Shown piece after piece: positions 38,754 through 47,383 of a DNA stretch of 64,000 nt. Made by a program: the position numbers and the translations under genes. Numbering within the stretch: position 1 is the stretch's first letter; each line of letters opens with the position of its first letter. Source of the stretch: Candidatus Latescibacterota bacterium (GTDB lineage: Bacteria; Latescibacterota; UBA2968; UBA8231); NCBI GenBank assembly GCA_965197905.1, contig CBDAOB010000005.1:448001-512000 (forward strand). Direction: 5' to 3'. The notes beneath the pieces are model-generated. The model was given only the letters and a program-made list of their open reading frames with translations. It made no database searches and had not been told where the DNA came from.

Positions 38754-39965
38754 TTGACAGAGCGTCTTGACAACATAGCGCAACGTTTTCGGGGTCCGGC
38801 CGATTTTCTAAAGACGGCTGAACTTCTCCGTCTGCGCAGATTCACCTATTGGGGGTTGATTGGTGCGTTCATAATCACCGGAATTCCGGTGATTTATTTG
38901 GCGACCCAGGACCGGGTCAAAAAAGCACCCAAACCTCCCATAATGCACTTGGTGGTCCGCAAGCCACGCATGACGAAACCTTTCGAGTTTGAGAAGCGCA
39001 AGATACCCAAGCGCAAGATGACCCGGCAGGTTACAGCGGCCAAACCTGAGATAACACGCCGGCCGCAGATTCGGCGTCCTGATCTCATCGGAAAGATCAA
39101 GACCTTCCGCTTTGGCGTCGACACAGGGGCCGATCTGGGCCTTGAGGTCGTGCAGCCCGATATCCAGCGCGTTGCGATTACAAGCCCGAAGGACCCCGAA
39201 AAAAGGATAAGCATGCAGGAAGAGTTCCTGGACCTGGATGCGTTGGACATCGGCAAATACAAAGGACTGGTTATTCAGGATCCGACGGACAAGCAGAATA
39301 TTACCGGGTTTGTGTATTTGTCGCTGGCATGGGGTAATGACTGGAAACCAGCCACTCAACGCGCCATCTTCGAGTTGGTCGAGGCGATCAACAATTACAC
39401 GCAGATCAGGGCTGAAGTCGACGACCACCTTTTCCTCGACTCCAGGGACATTTACCGCACGCCTTTCGTTTATATAACGGTTGGCGAAGCCTTTGTTCCG
39501 ACTGAGCGCGAAGTGGAAAATCTCGGGTCCTATCTACGGAACGGTGGTTTCGCGCTGGTGGAAAACGCGACCCCCGACATCGAGTACAGCCCGGCAGAGG
39601 CATCTTTGCGCCAGATGTTGAAGCAATCGCTGGGACGCGACGCTCGCTTCCGGGTGCTACCCAACGATCATCCCATCTACCACAGTTTCTTCGACTTTGA
39701 CGATGGCCCACCGCCGCAAAGGAGCGAGGATCGCATCGACTTTCAGCGCGATTTTCGGCCTGAAGTCCCGTATCTGGAGGGCATCTTCCTGGGTGACCGC
39801 CTCGTGGTGGTTTTCTCCAATAAGGCCTACGGCATAGCGTGGGAGAAGGAATTCCGCAACGAACCGCAGCTGCAAATAGGGATCAACCTCGTGGTCTTCG
39901 CCTTGACGCAGCAGGGCTCCATCGCACAGCAACAGATCGACTTCTTCAAGGAGACTACACAGTGA
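38754..39965 (+). CDS. Membrane-anchored DUF4159 domain protein with Pro/Lys/Arg-rich linker
   Basis: One TM helix; KKAPKPP...KPRMTKP linker; PFVYIT, EVENL.SYLRNGGF, LPNDHPIYHSFFDF, GINLVVFALT. Confidence 0.8.
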   Translation: MTERLDNIAQRFRGPADFLKTAELLRLRRFTYWGLIGAFIITGIPVIYLATQDRVKKAPKPPIMHLVVRKPRMTKPFEFEKRKIPKRKMTRQVTAAKPEITRRPQIRRPDLIGKIKTFRFGVDTGADLGLEVVQPDIQRVAITSPKDPEKRISMQEEFLDLDALDIGKYKGLVIQDPTDKQNITGFVYLSLAWGNDWKPATQRAIFELVEAINNYTQIRAEVDDHLFLDSRDIYRTPFVYITVGEAFVPTEREVENLGSYLRNGGFALVENATPDIEYSPAEASLRQMLKQSLGRDARFRVLPNDHPIYHSFFDFDDGPPPQRSEDRIDFQRDFRPEVPYLEGIFLGDRLVVVFSNKAYGIAWEKEFRNEPQLQIGINLVVFALTQQGSIAQQQIDFFKETTQ

Positions 39966-41245
39966 GGACCAACACTACTATGATATCAAAGGCTGCAAAG
40001 CGTTGGCTCGGGTTGCTGATACCCGGCGTGGCTTTGTTCGGGGTTGCCGGATGTTTTCTTTTTCCGCCCGCGATCAAATACCAGGCGATTCTCACGCCAA
40101 CCGAGGGTCAAAAAGCTGCACGCGAGGAAGCCCAGTACGTGCCCAGCGAAGACGGAACCGTCTCGTACGAGATTCCGGGAATGCGCATCGAGGTCAAGCC
40201 TATGACGGACGATGAGCTCAACCAGATGTTCCCGGACGAATCGACCCGCGGAAAATATTCCACCAACGCCTATACCTACGGGGATTGGGTAGATCCACGA
40301 CTCGGCTACACCCCCAATCGCTTCTCGGTGTTCAAGGTGACGATCTACAACCGCACCTACCCCAAGGTCATGTTGGATCCAAGCGAGGTGACGCTGGAGA
40401 CGAATCGCGGCCAGTACCTGCAATCCTACGGCATTTCAGCGGCCGCAGACCAGAACAATTTCGAGAATTATTATCGCTCCCGTCGAGGTCAAAGTGGCAA
40501 CGAATTCTATCGCTTCGAGTTGCGCATGGGCGCCGTACGGTCATACAACTATGAGGAAGAGCAGCCAGTTTTCAAGGGCGAGAACTACGGCGGATTTATA
40601 GTTTTCGATCCGGTCGAACAGGAGACCGATTCGGTGACTCTGACCTTGAGCGACTTCACCTTTCGGTTTGGCGCTTTTGACAACCCGATCGACAGTGAGG
40701 ATTTGACGTTTACCTTCAAACATAATATCGAAAAGTCGGAAGTAGAGAGGTTGACAGGACCGGCAGTGGAAGCGGAGCAGTTGATGGTCACCGAGTCCGG
40801 TCCAAGCCGGGTATTGGGTAATCTTCCGGACGATCGCACCCGCAGCGTCAGCGCCATTCAGGCGGTTGCACGTCAGCGTCTTAACGGCTTGAACCGTTGC
40901 TTTACCTCCTACTTCGACAAAGGCGAGGCCCAGGAGGGCCGGGTTGTGGTGAACTTTACCATCGAGGTTGGTGGTGCGATCTCGGAAGTTCGGGTAACTG
41001 AATCCACGGTCGATAACGACGAGGTTTCCCAGTGTATTCGCGGTGACGTGCTGCGTTGGTCCTTGCGCCCGATCGACATAGCCGGGCTGCAGGCGGCGCG
41101 TACGCAAGCGTCCTCCGCGGCGGGCGCCATCGATGGTCCGGGCCTTGGTGCTGCCGCCGGCGGCGGCGTAGCCGTTGCTCAAGTTCGCGTCGTGCCGGTA
41201 ACCGTCACCTACCCATTCGAGTTCAGGGTTCCGGCAGCAAAATAA
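39962..41245 (+). CDS. Lipoprotein with C-terminal TonB-C-like (AgmX/PglI-type) domain
   Basis: Lipobox VAGC; L.RCF...GRVVVNFTI..GG.I....V.EST.....V.QCI....RW...VTVTYPFEF; start 39962 or 39980. Confidence 0.75.
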   Translation: MRTNTTMISKAAKRWLGLLIPGVALFGVAGCFLFPPAIKYQAILTPTEGQKAAREEAQYVPSEDGTVSYEIPGMRIEVKPMTDDELNQMFPDESTRGKYSTNAYTYGDWVDPRLGYTPNRFSVFKVTIYNRTYPKVMLDPSEVTLETNRGQYLQSYGISAAADQNNFENYYRSRRGQSGNEFYRFELRMGAVRSYNYEEEQPVFKGENYGGFIVFDPVEQETDSVTLTLSDFTFRFGAFDNPIDSEDLTFTFKHNIEKSEVERLTGPAVEAEQLMVTESGPSRVLGNLPDDRTRSVSAIQAVARQRLNGLNRCFTSYFDKGEAQEGRVVVNFTIEVGGAISEVRVTESTVDNDEVSQCIRGDVLRWSLRPIDIAGLQAARTQASSAAGAIDGPGLGAAAGGGVAVAQVRVVPVTVTYPFEFRVPAAK

Positions 41246-41251
41246 TCACAC

Positions 41252-44212
41252 ATGTTCACGCGGTTTTTTCTTGGGGGTGTACTTTGCCTATTGTGCACCC
41301 CCTTTCTTATTGTTGAATCCACCTTTGCGCAGGAATTGAGGGTTGGACTTGCAGAGGTCGAGTCCATGCGTTCGTTCCTGAAGCAGGAACGTCCTACCTA
41401 CACCAACTACAGCTTCAAGCAATACACCAACTATCCCGACCACAGCCCGCCCTACGCGGACCACCCGACGGCGTTTTACGGCTCCCTGGGGAACTATTTG
41501 ATCACCGGCTACGAATTGTGGGGATGGCGGGAGCAGCGGACGCCCGGGCGACAGTACGGTAGCAGCATTTTCCAGGACCGGCAACCGTGGGTTACGGTCT
41601 TCGACAGCATGGCGATGGCAAAGGACGGGTATGGAGGTTGGGGGTACAGCTTGTACGTTGGAGACGGTCTTCAGGCGAGGTTGAGTCCACTCACCATGTC
41701 AATGGTCGACTTCAACGGTATCCGGTTCGATATGGGCTCTTCCCGGCTGCGGGCGACGGTCATGGCTTCGCGCATTGAACGACCAAAATCGTATGTAGAG
41801 TCGATCCCTGTGTGGGCGATTGATGACGAGCACTTCGCGGACGCCAGTACCCTCCTGCTCGGGTCGCGCCTGGAGACCAACATCGGCAATCTCAATCTCG
41901 GATTGAACGGCGCCAACATTCACGTCTACCAGAGCACGCAGCCGGGGAACGGTTTGAGAGGCAGGCTCCGGCCTACCATGGATCTCATAAACTGGGTAGT
42001 CGTTCGCTTTGCGGACGATTCGCCGGAAGACGGAATAGGCGGACCGGTGGTGCAGGAGGCGGCTCTGGTGGTCGACGGCGAGCGCCGGCCCGACATAAGG
42101 CCGATCGTTGTCCGTCATGTAAAGGGAATCTCGACTCAACTCGGTACGATCTCCAGATCGTCGGGGGATTTTACCCGCACGGTGTATAATACCTTCAAAG
42201 GGTATTACCAGATTCAGCCCAACTACTACCGCGGACGCCGCGAGATTCCACTCTATGCCGATTATCTGCTGCTTGCCGACCACGAGGCGGGTATCGACGT
42301 CTCCGGAGAATCCAATCTTCCCGGCCTATTGAGGGACTTCAAATTAGAGAACCCGGACCTGCCGTTGAGGGCAGACGGCGACGAGATCCTGGTTTATATG
42401 TGGGAGATCACGGACGTGCCCCATGCCGAGTCGGTCGAGGTCGAAGCGCTGGTTGCAAACGACTACCACGTGGAAGTTGCCATCCTCGACCGACCGAACG
42501 AACGGGCGCGAAACAAGGCGGCGGCATTCAAGAGCACCTTCTACAAGACGATAACCCGGGCCCGCGACAATGTGCAGGACCTTTCCAATCTCAAGCGCAT
42601 CCGTATTCCAATTGGCGAACACACTGCACTCTTTACCTATAGCGCCGATATGAACTTCAACCTGGCCGGATTGGAGGTCAATGGGGAGCTTGCTCGGTCC
42701 TCCCTTTACTCCAGGTTTCCGGCGCAAGACAACGGCGCCAAGATCTACGACGAGGGCAAACGTACGGTGGACCACGGCTCCGCGTACTTTGTCAACGCCA
42801 CCCGCTGGTTCGGTCGTTTGAAATTTGGCGCTGAGTATTTCAGGATGAACCCGGATTTCAACACGACCCTGCGTACCTTCGTGCCGTTCGAACTCGGGCT
42901 CACGGAAAGCAACCTCGCTGGTCTTGCCAACAGCACGGTCTACTGGGATCTGGTAGAGGACAACGACGACGGCGATCGGTACCCCGACTTTAGAATCGGC
43001 AATCTTCAAGGATTGCCCAACGATCGGCGCGATTTCGATGTCGACGGAGTATTCCCCGGACAAGACGAGGACGCGGACGGATTTCCCGACACCAACAGAA
43101 ATGGGAACGGCACTCCGGATTACGAAGAACCGTTTCTCATGTACGACGTTGAGCCGATCGAATACGTTTACGGGCTCGACCGGAACAACAACGACGAACC
43201 TGACAAGCGCGAGGACGACTTCGACTTCGATTATCCGTACGACAAGGATCAAGGCGGCATTCACATCTTCAGCCAGTTGGGGCTTACGCGCAACTGGTCG
43301 GCGGCGATCGGCCGTTACTCGGTCGAACAGATCGCCGGCAACGGCCAGAATCGTTCCACCTACATGCTGCTCAACTATACCCAGCAAGGGATCTTTCGGC
43401 TGAAACGAGTTTTCTTCGAGAACAACTTTCGCCGAGTCGAGGATACCGTCGTTGATGAATATACCTTCCTTGACGAAACCCCGGGGCGTGGCTTGATATT
43501 CGGCTATCGCGGCTTCGAGCGCGCACCTGCCGGCGACTCGGGTATTCCCATTTTCACGATCCGGGTTGCCCCAGATCCCCTTTCATATCAGGACAGCTAC
43601 GTCAACGAAACCGTGCTGGAGGGCAAGCTGAACCCCCGGTCTACCCTTTTTATCGAACAGAAGGTCCGCCTTCGGATCAACTGGCAGCAGGAACGGGAAA
43701 CGGTTTTCGGATTCAAACAGCGGGATCGAAGGCTGGACCTCTGGACGTGGGTGAGCAAGATCGAAAACAGTTGGAATATCCACGGTGTGCGAATCATGCC
43801 CCAATACAAGTACCTATTGCTCCGTTTCGAGGATCAAGATGCGGATCGCAAGCCGGGCGGAGGATATTCGAGCCGAGTGCTGCGCGACGAGACCCGTTCC
43901 ATCCCGATTGTTCGCCTGGAGCTTCCAATAATGCACCGGACCAAACTGCAGGCCGGATTTCAAGGGTTTGGACCGCTTGCCTACCGAGTCAAGGACGACG
44001 TTCGTGGGTCGCGAAGTTATAAGGAACGCAACGCGTTCGTGAACCTGATCAATCGTTCCCGCTATTTCGGATATGATCTCTACACCGTCGTCGGCCTCTC
44101 CAAGAACCGCAGAAAGTACGATGATCCGGTTCGCGTGGCGGATGGTTTCGACACGATGGCGTTCTTCATTCGAACCTTGGTCGGTTTTACGGAATACGGA
44201 CGCCCCCTGTAA
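41252..44212 (+). CDS. Same outer-membrane family, paralog 3
   Basis: Signal TFA; FNGIRFD, DDSPEDG, EDNDDGDRYPD/FPGQD/EPFLMY/DYPYD cassette, GFQGFGP. Confidence 0.65.
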   Translation: MFTRFFLGGVLCLLCTPFLIVESTFAQELRVGLAEVESMRSFLKQERPTYTNYSFKQYTNYPDHSPPYADHPTAFYGSLGNYLITGYELWGWREQRTPGRQYGSSIFQDRQPWVTVFDSMAMAKDGYGGWGYSLYVGDGLQARLSPLTMSMVDFNGIRFDMGSSRLRATVMASRIERPKSYVESIPVWAIDDEHFADASTLLLGSRLETNIGNLNLGLNGANIHVYQSTQPGNGLRGRLRPTMDLINWVVVRFADDSPEDGIGGPVVQEAALVVDGERRPDIRPIVVRHVKGISTQLGTISRSSGDFTRTVYNTFKGYYQIQPNYYRGRREIPLYADYLLLADHEAGIDVSGESNLPGLLRDFKLENPDLPLRADGDEILVYMWEITDVPHAESVEVEALVANDYHVEVAILDRPNERARNKAAAFKSTFYKTITRARDNVQDLSNLKRIRIPIGEHTALFTYSADMNFNLAGLEVNGELARSSLYSRFPAQDNGAKIYDEGKRTVDHGSAYFVNATRWFGRLKFGAEYFRMNPDFNTTLRTFVPFELGLTESNLAGLANSTVYWDLVEDNDDGDRYPDFRIGNLQGLPNDRRDFDVDGVFPGQDEDADGFPDTNRNGNGTPDYEEPFLMYDVEPIEYVYGLDRNNNDEPDKREDDFDFDYPYDKDQGGIHIFSQLGLTRNWSAAIGRYSVEQIAGNGQNRSTYMLLNYTQQGIFRLKRVFFENNFRRVEDTVVDEYTFLDETPGRGLIFGYRGFERAPAGDSGIPIFTIRVAPDPLSYQDSYVNETVLEGKLNPRSTLFIEQKVRLRINWQQERETVFGFKQRDRRLDLWTWVSKIENSWNIHGVRIMPQYKYLLLRFEDQDADRKPGGGYSSRVLRDETRSIPIVRLELPIMHRTKLQAGFQGFGPLAYRVKDDVRGSRSYKERNAFVNLINRSRYFGYDLYTVVGLSKNRRKYDDPVRVADGFDTMAFFIRTLVGFTEYGRPL

Positions 44213-44302
44213 GCTCTCGTCCGACACTCGTGAGAGTGCGGAGATAGAGCTATTTGCATTGGAGGTTGCGAGTCCCAATCCACCAAGAGACACCAGATCC
44301 GT

Positions 44303-44330
44303 CCAGAGCAGAGTTGCTCTGGTTTTTTTT
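44303..44330 (+). terminator. Intrinsic terminator of the large operon
   Basis: CCAGAGCA-GAGT-TGCTCTGG followed by T8. Confidence 0.88.
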
Positions 44331-44343
44331 AAGGGAATAGTAC

Positions 44344-45858
44344 GTGATACACTTCTTTGACGACCAACCCCTCCACTCCATGCAAAGTATCGACAAGGTG
44401 CCCGGTCCTGTCGAAAAGCTGGGGATCGTGCTTAAACCGGATCTGCCGTCCGATGGTCAGCGGGTGATGAGCTTTGCCAGCTCGATGGTGCGGCTCCAGT
44501 CTGGAGCATGGAGACTCTACTACACGGTTTCCACCACGTCCACCATGCGCATCGCGGTGGCCGAGTCGGCGGATGGCTTGCAGTGGGACAAACCGTCTCT
44601 GGGACAGGAACAATTCGAGGGGAAGGATTGCAATCTGTTGGCGATCCAGGGTCTCCCCACCGGAGTGAATAGATACGGGCAGCCGCAGGTTTTTCAACTC
44701 GATGACTCGAACTGGCGCATGTATTTCTGGGTCAACAATCGGCCCTTCCTGCGCTACACGGTGGCCGTCAGCGCCGACGGCCTGAGCTGGGAGGTGCCCG
44801 ATTTCGAGAAGCCCGTGATTTACCATCCGATAGAGTTGGGTTCCTGGATTTGGACGGCAGGGGTGCAGCCCCCCGTAGACGCGAGCTCCAGCGGCCCAGA
44901 CGTGAAGGCGCTGGAGAACTTTGTGCCCGGCTCCAAGGAGGCGAAGTGGGGGCGCATGTTGGCCATCAGCACGGTAGAGGAATTGCTGCATTACAAACGC
45001 ATGCGGGCCAACGACGCGGCGTATGTCTTTCGCGATCCCGACAGTGGGCACTTCGAGTTCTATGCGCCGTGGCCTATGTGCAATGCCGAGGGAAGCTGGC
45101 GGCGGGCGGAACACGACAATGCTCCGTTCATGCTGCGATCGATCTCTCGCCGTACCAGCGTCGACGGTTTGTTGTGGTCGGACGCGGAATTGCTGATTAC
45201 CCCCGATGATGAGGACCGGCCGGACCAGCAGTTCTACTATTTGGCAGTCCACCGCCAGGACGACTGGCGTATCGGCATGATGGGCAGTTACCCGGTGCAC
45301 GACCAGACCATGGATATCGAACTGTGCTTCAGCCGCGACGGACGCCGGTGGGAGCGGCCGGTTCGGACACCCTGGGTCCCCCGGGAGGAACCTCACGAAC
45401 GCGGCATGTTACACGCCCCGAATCGTCTGTTGGACGATGGTGACAACTGGCTCCTGCTTTATTCGGCAAGTCCGCTTCGTCACAATGAAGGCCGCAACGA
45501 CCCCGCCGCCAACCGATCTTCTTACATCTGCGCCGCGAGGTTTCCCAGGAACCGCTTTCTCGGATTGCGTTCCCGGGGTGATGGCATTGCTATGCTGTGG
45601 ACGCGGCCTTTTGTGATGGGTGGCACCCAGCTCTGCATCGATGCCAAGATCGACGGCTGGCTTCGCGCCGAGCTGTGCGATCCGTTTGGGGTGCCGATCG
45701 AAGGGTTTACCAAGGGACGATCGACGGCTGTTTCCGGCGATCGCGTCGATCACACGCTCGGTTGGGAAGGAGTTTCAACCGAGAACTACACCTACAACGC
45801 CGTGAGTTTGAGGCTGGAATACGAACGCGGCGAGATCTACAACATTCACTGGCGGTAG
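44344..45858 (+). CDS. Uncharacterised beta-propeller glycoside-hydrolase-like protein with C-terminal beta-sandwich
   Basis: Asp-box-like S.DG..W repeats (AESADGLQW, VSADGLSW, FSRDGRRW). Confidence 0.65.
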   Translation: MIHFFDDQPLHSMQSIDKVPGPVEKLGIVLKPDLPSDGQRVMSFASSMVRLQSGAWRLYYTVSTTSTMRIAVAESADGLQWDKPSLGQEQFEGKDCNLLAIQGLPTGVNRYGQPQVFQLDDSNWRMYFWVNNRPFLRYTVAVSADGLSWEVPDFEKPVIYHPIELGSWIWTAGVQPPVDASSSGPDVKALENFVPGSKEAKWGRMLAISTVEELLHYKRMRANDAAYVFRDPDSGHFEFYAPWPMCNAEGSWRRAEHDNAPFMLRSISRRTSVDGLLWSDAELLITPDDEDRPDQQFYYLAVHRQDDWRIGMMGSYPVHDQTMDIELCFSRDGRRWERPVRTPWVPREEPHERGMLHAPNRLLDDGDNWLLLYSASPLRHNEGRNDPAANRSSYICAARFPRNRFLGLRSRGDGIAMLWTRPFVMGGTQLCIDAKIDGWLRAELCDPFGVPIEGFTKGRSTAVSGDRVDHTLGWEGVSTENYTYNAVSLRLEYERGEIYNIHWR

Positions 45859-45869
45859 TGGAGATCGAG

Positions 45870-47366
45870 ATGGCGACCGCCAATGTGTACCCGTTTCTGG
45901 ATTGGATAGACGTCTGGCCCGGGCAAGCGGGTTGCGACGACAGCGGACACACCTTCTATCAGGATGCTGCCCACGGTGTGGAACTCCAGGTGCAGGAAGC
46001 GGCCAAGTCACCGGTATTCCTTTCGCGGGAAGAGCCGTGGGAGCGGATGCGCCTGAATCACGCCATCGTTCGCCGCGATGAAAACCGTTACCGCATGTGG
46101 TACTCGGCGATGGCCTCGAACGATCCGACGGAAAATTTCATCTGTTATGCCGAAAGCGCCGACGGTTTCAACTGGGAGCGACCGGAGCTGGAACTCTACG
46201 AATTTCAAGGATCAAGAGCGAACAACATCCTTTTCGACCACTCGTTTTTCGGCTGCCATTCGATTCTCGTAGATGAGTCGGCGCCGGCGGAGGAGCGCTA
46301 CAAATCGATCGACGGACACCTGCAGCTCTACAAGAAGGGGAAGAGGGTCCCCAGCACTCGGCAGAACAAGCTCGAGATCCGGGAAATCCGCAAAGCGATG
46401 GATGTCCAGGGCTACAAACCGAAAGAGATCGAAGCGGAAGCAGATACCCGCTGGGTAGTCCGCGGAGCAGTGTCGGCCGACGGCCTGCGTTGGAAGCTTC
46501 TGGAGAAACCGCTGGTACAAGTACCGCCCGCTCTCGATACGCAGAATGTCCTCGCCTTCGACGAGGCGGCGGGCGAATATATGGTATACCTCCGGGGCAG
46601 CTTGGAGCGCCGGCGCTCGCTACGCCGTACCGGAGGATCCGAATTCGACAACTGGCCCCAGCCGCGTCTGGTGTTTACGCCGGATCCCCAGGATCCCGTA
46701 AGTGACTCCATCTACAACTCGGCCTACTGCCGCTGTCTGAGCAGCGGACGCCACCTCATGTTTCCGTCCATGTATCATCAGGTTGCCGCGACCACAGACA
46801 TCCAGCTGGCCAGCAGCTGGGACGGCTGGAATTGGACTCGCCCGGAGCGACGCCCGATCATCACCCGCGAAACCGACGAAGGGGAATACAGCTGTATCTA
46901 CGCATCTCCGTGCATCCTCGAGCTGGAGGACGGCTGGGGAGTACCATACCACGGCAACTTCCACCTTCACGACTGGGCTGGATGGCCCGATGCAGAGGTC
47001 TGCGATGGCGAGTTCCGGTGGGCCCGGTGGCAGCCGGATCGTCTGTGCGCCCTCCGAGCCCGGGAGCATGGCTGTTTTACTACGGTAGAGCGGGAATGCC
47101 AGGGCGATCGGCTGCGACTGAATTTCAAATCCGAACCGGGCGGCTGGGTCCGCGCCGCCCTTGTGCAGCGACGACCCGGTACCCCTCCCACGCCGGTACC
47201 GGAGCTGGAGGGTTTCGAGCTTGCTTCCTGCGATCTGCTTTCCGGTGACGAGCTGGCGCAGGAGGTAACCTGGAAAGGGAAGGGCGATCTCGGTTCCCTC
47301 GCCAATCGGCCGTTATCGCTGCGCATCGAAATGGCCAAGACGACGCTGTTTTCCGTCTCCATATAG
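45870..47366 (+). CDS. Same beta-propeller family
   Basis: YRMWY, CYAESADGFNWERPEL, ERYK, SADGLRW, DTQN, SWDGWNW. Confidence 0.65.
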   Translation: MATANVYPFLDWIDVWPGQAGCDDSGHTFYQDAAHGVELQVQEAAKSPVFLSREEPWERMRLNHAIVRRDENRYRMWYSAMASNDPTENFICYAESADGFNWERPELELYEFQGSRANNILFDHSFFGCHSILVDESAPAEERYKSIDGHLQLYKKGKRVPSTRQNKLEIREIRKAMDVQGYKPKEIEAEADTRWVVRGAVSADGLRWKLLEKPLVQVPPALDTQNVLAFDEAAGEYMVYLRGSLERRRSLRRTGGSEFDNWPQPRLVFTPDPQDPVSDSIYNSAYCRCLSSGRHLMFPSMYHQVAATTDIQLASSWDGWNWTRPERRPIITRETDEGEYSCIYASPCILELEDGWGVPYHGNFHLHDWAGWPDAEVCDGEFRWARWQPDRLCALRAREHGCFTTVERECQGDRLRLNFKSEPGGWVRAALVQRRPGTPPTPVPELEGFELASCDLLSGDELAQEVTWKGKGDLGSLANRPLSLRIEMAKTTLFSVSI

Positions 47367-47383
47367 CTCTCTGACTTGATCAG

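Noticed and set aside
44259..44285. tRNA 3'-end-like string GGTTGCGAGTCCCAATCCACCA
   Set aside because: T-loop has an extra base, the acceptor strand is too short, and there is no cloverleaf or nearby integrase
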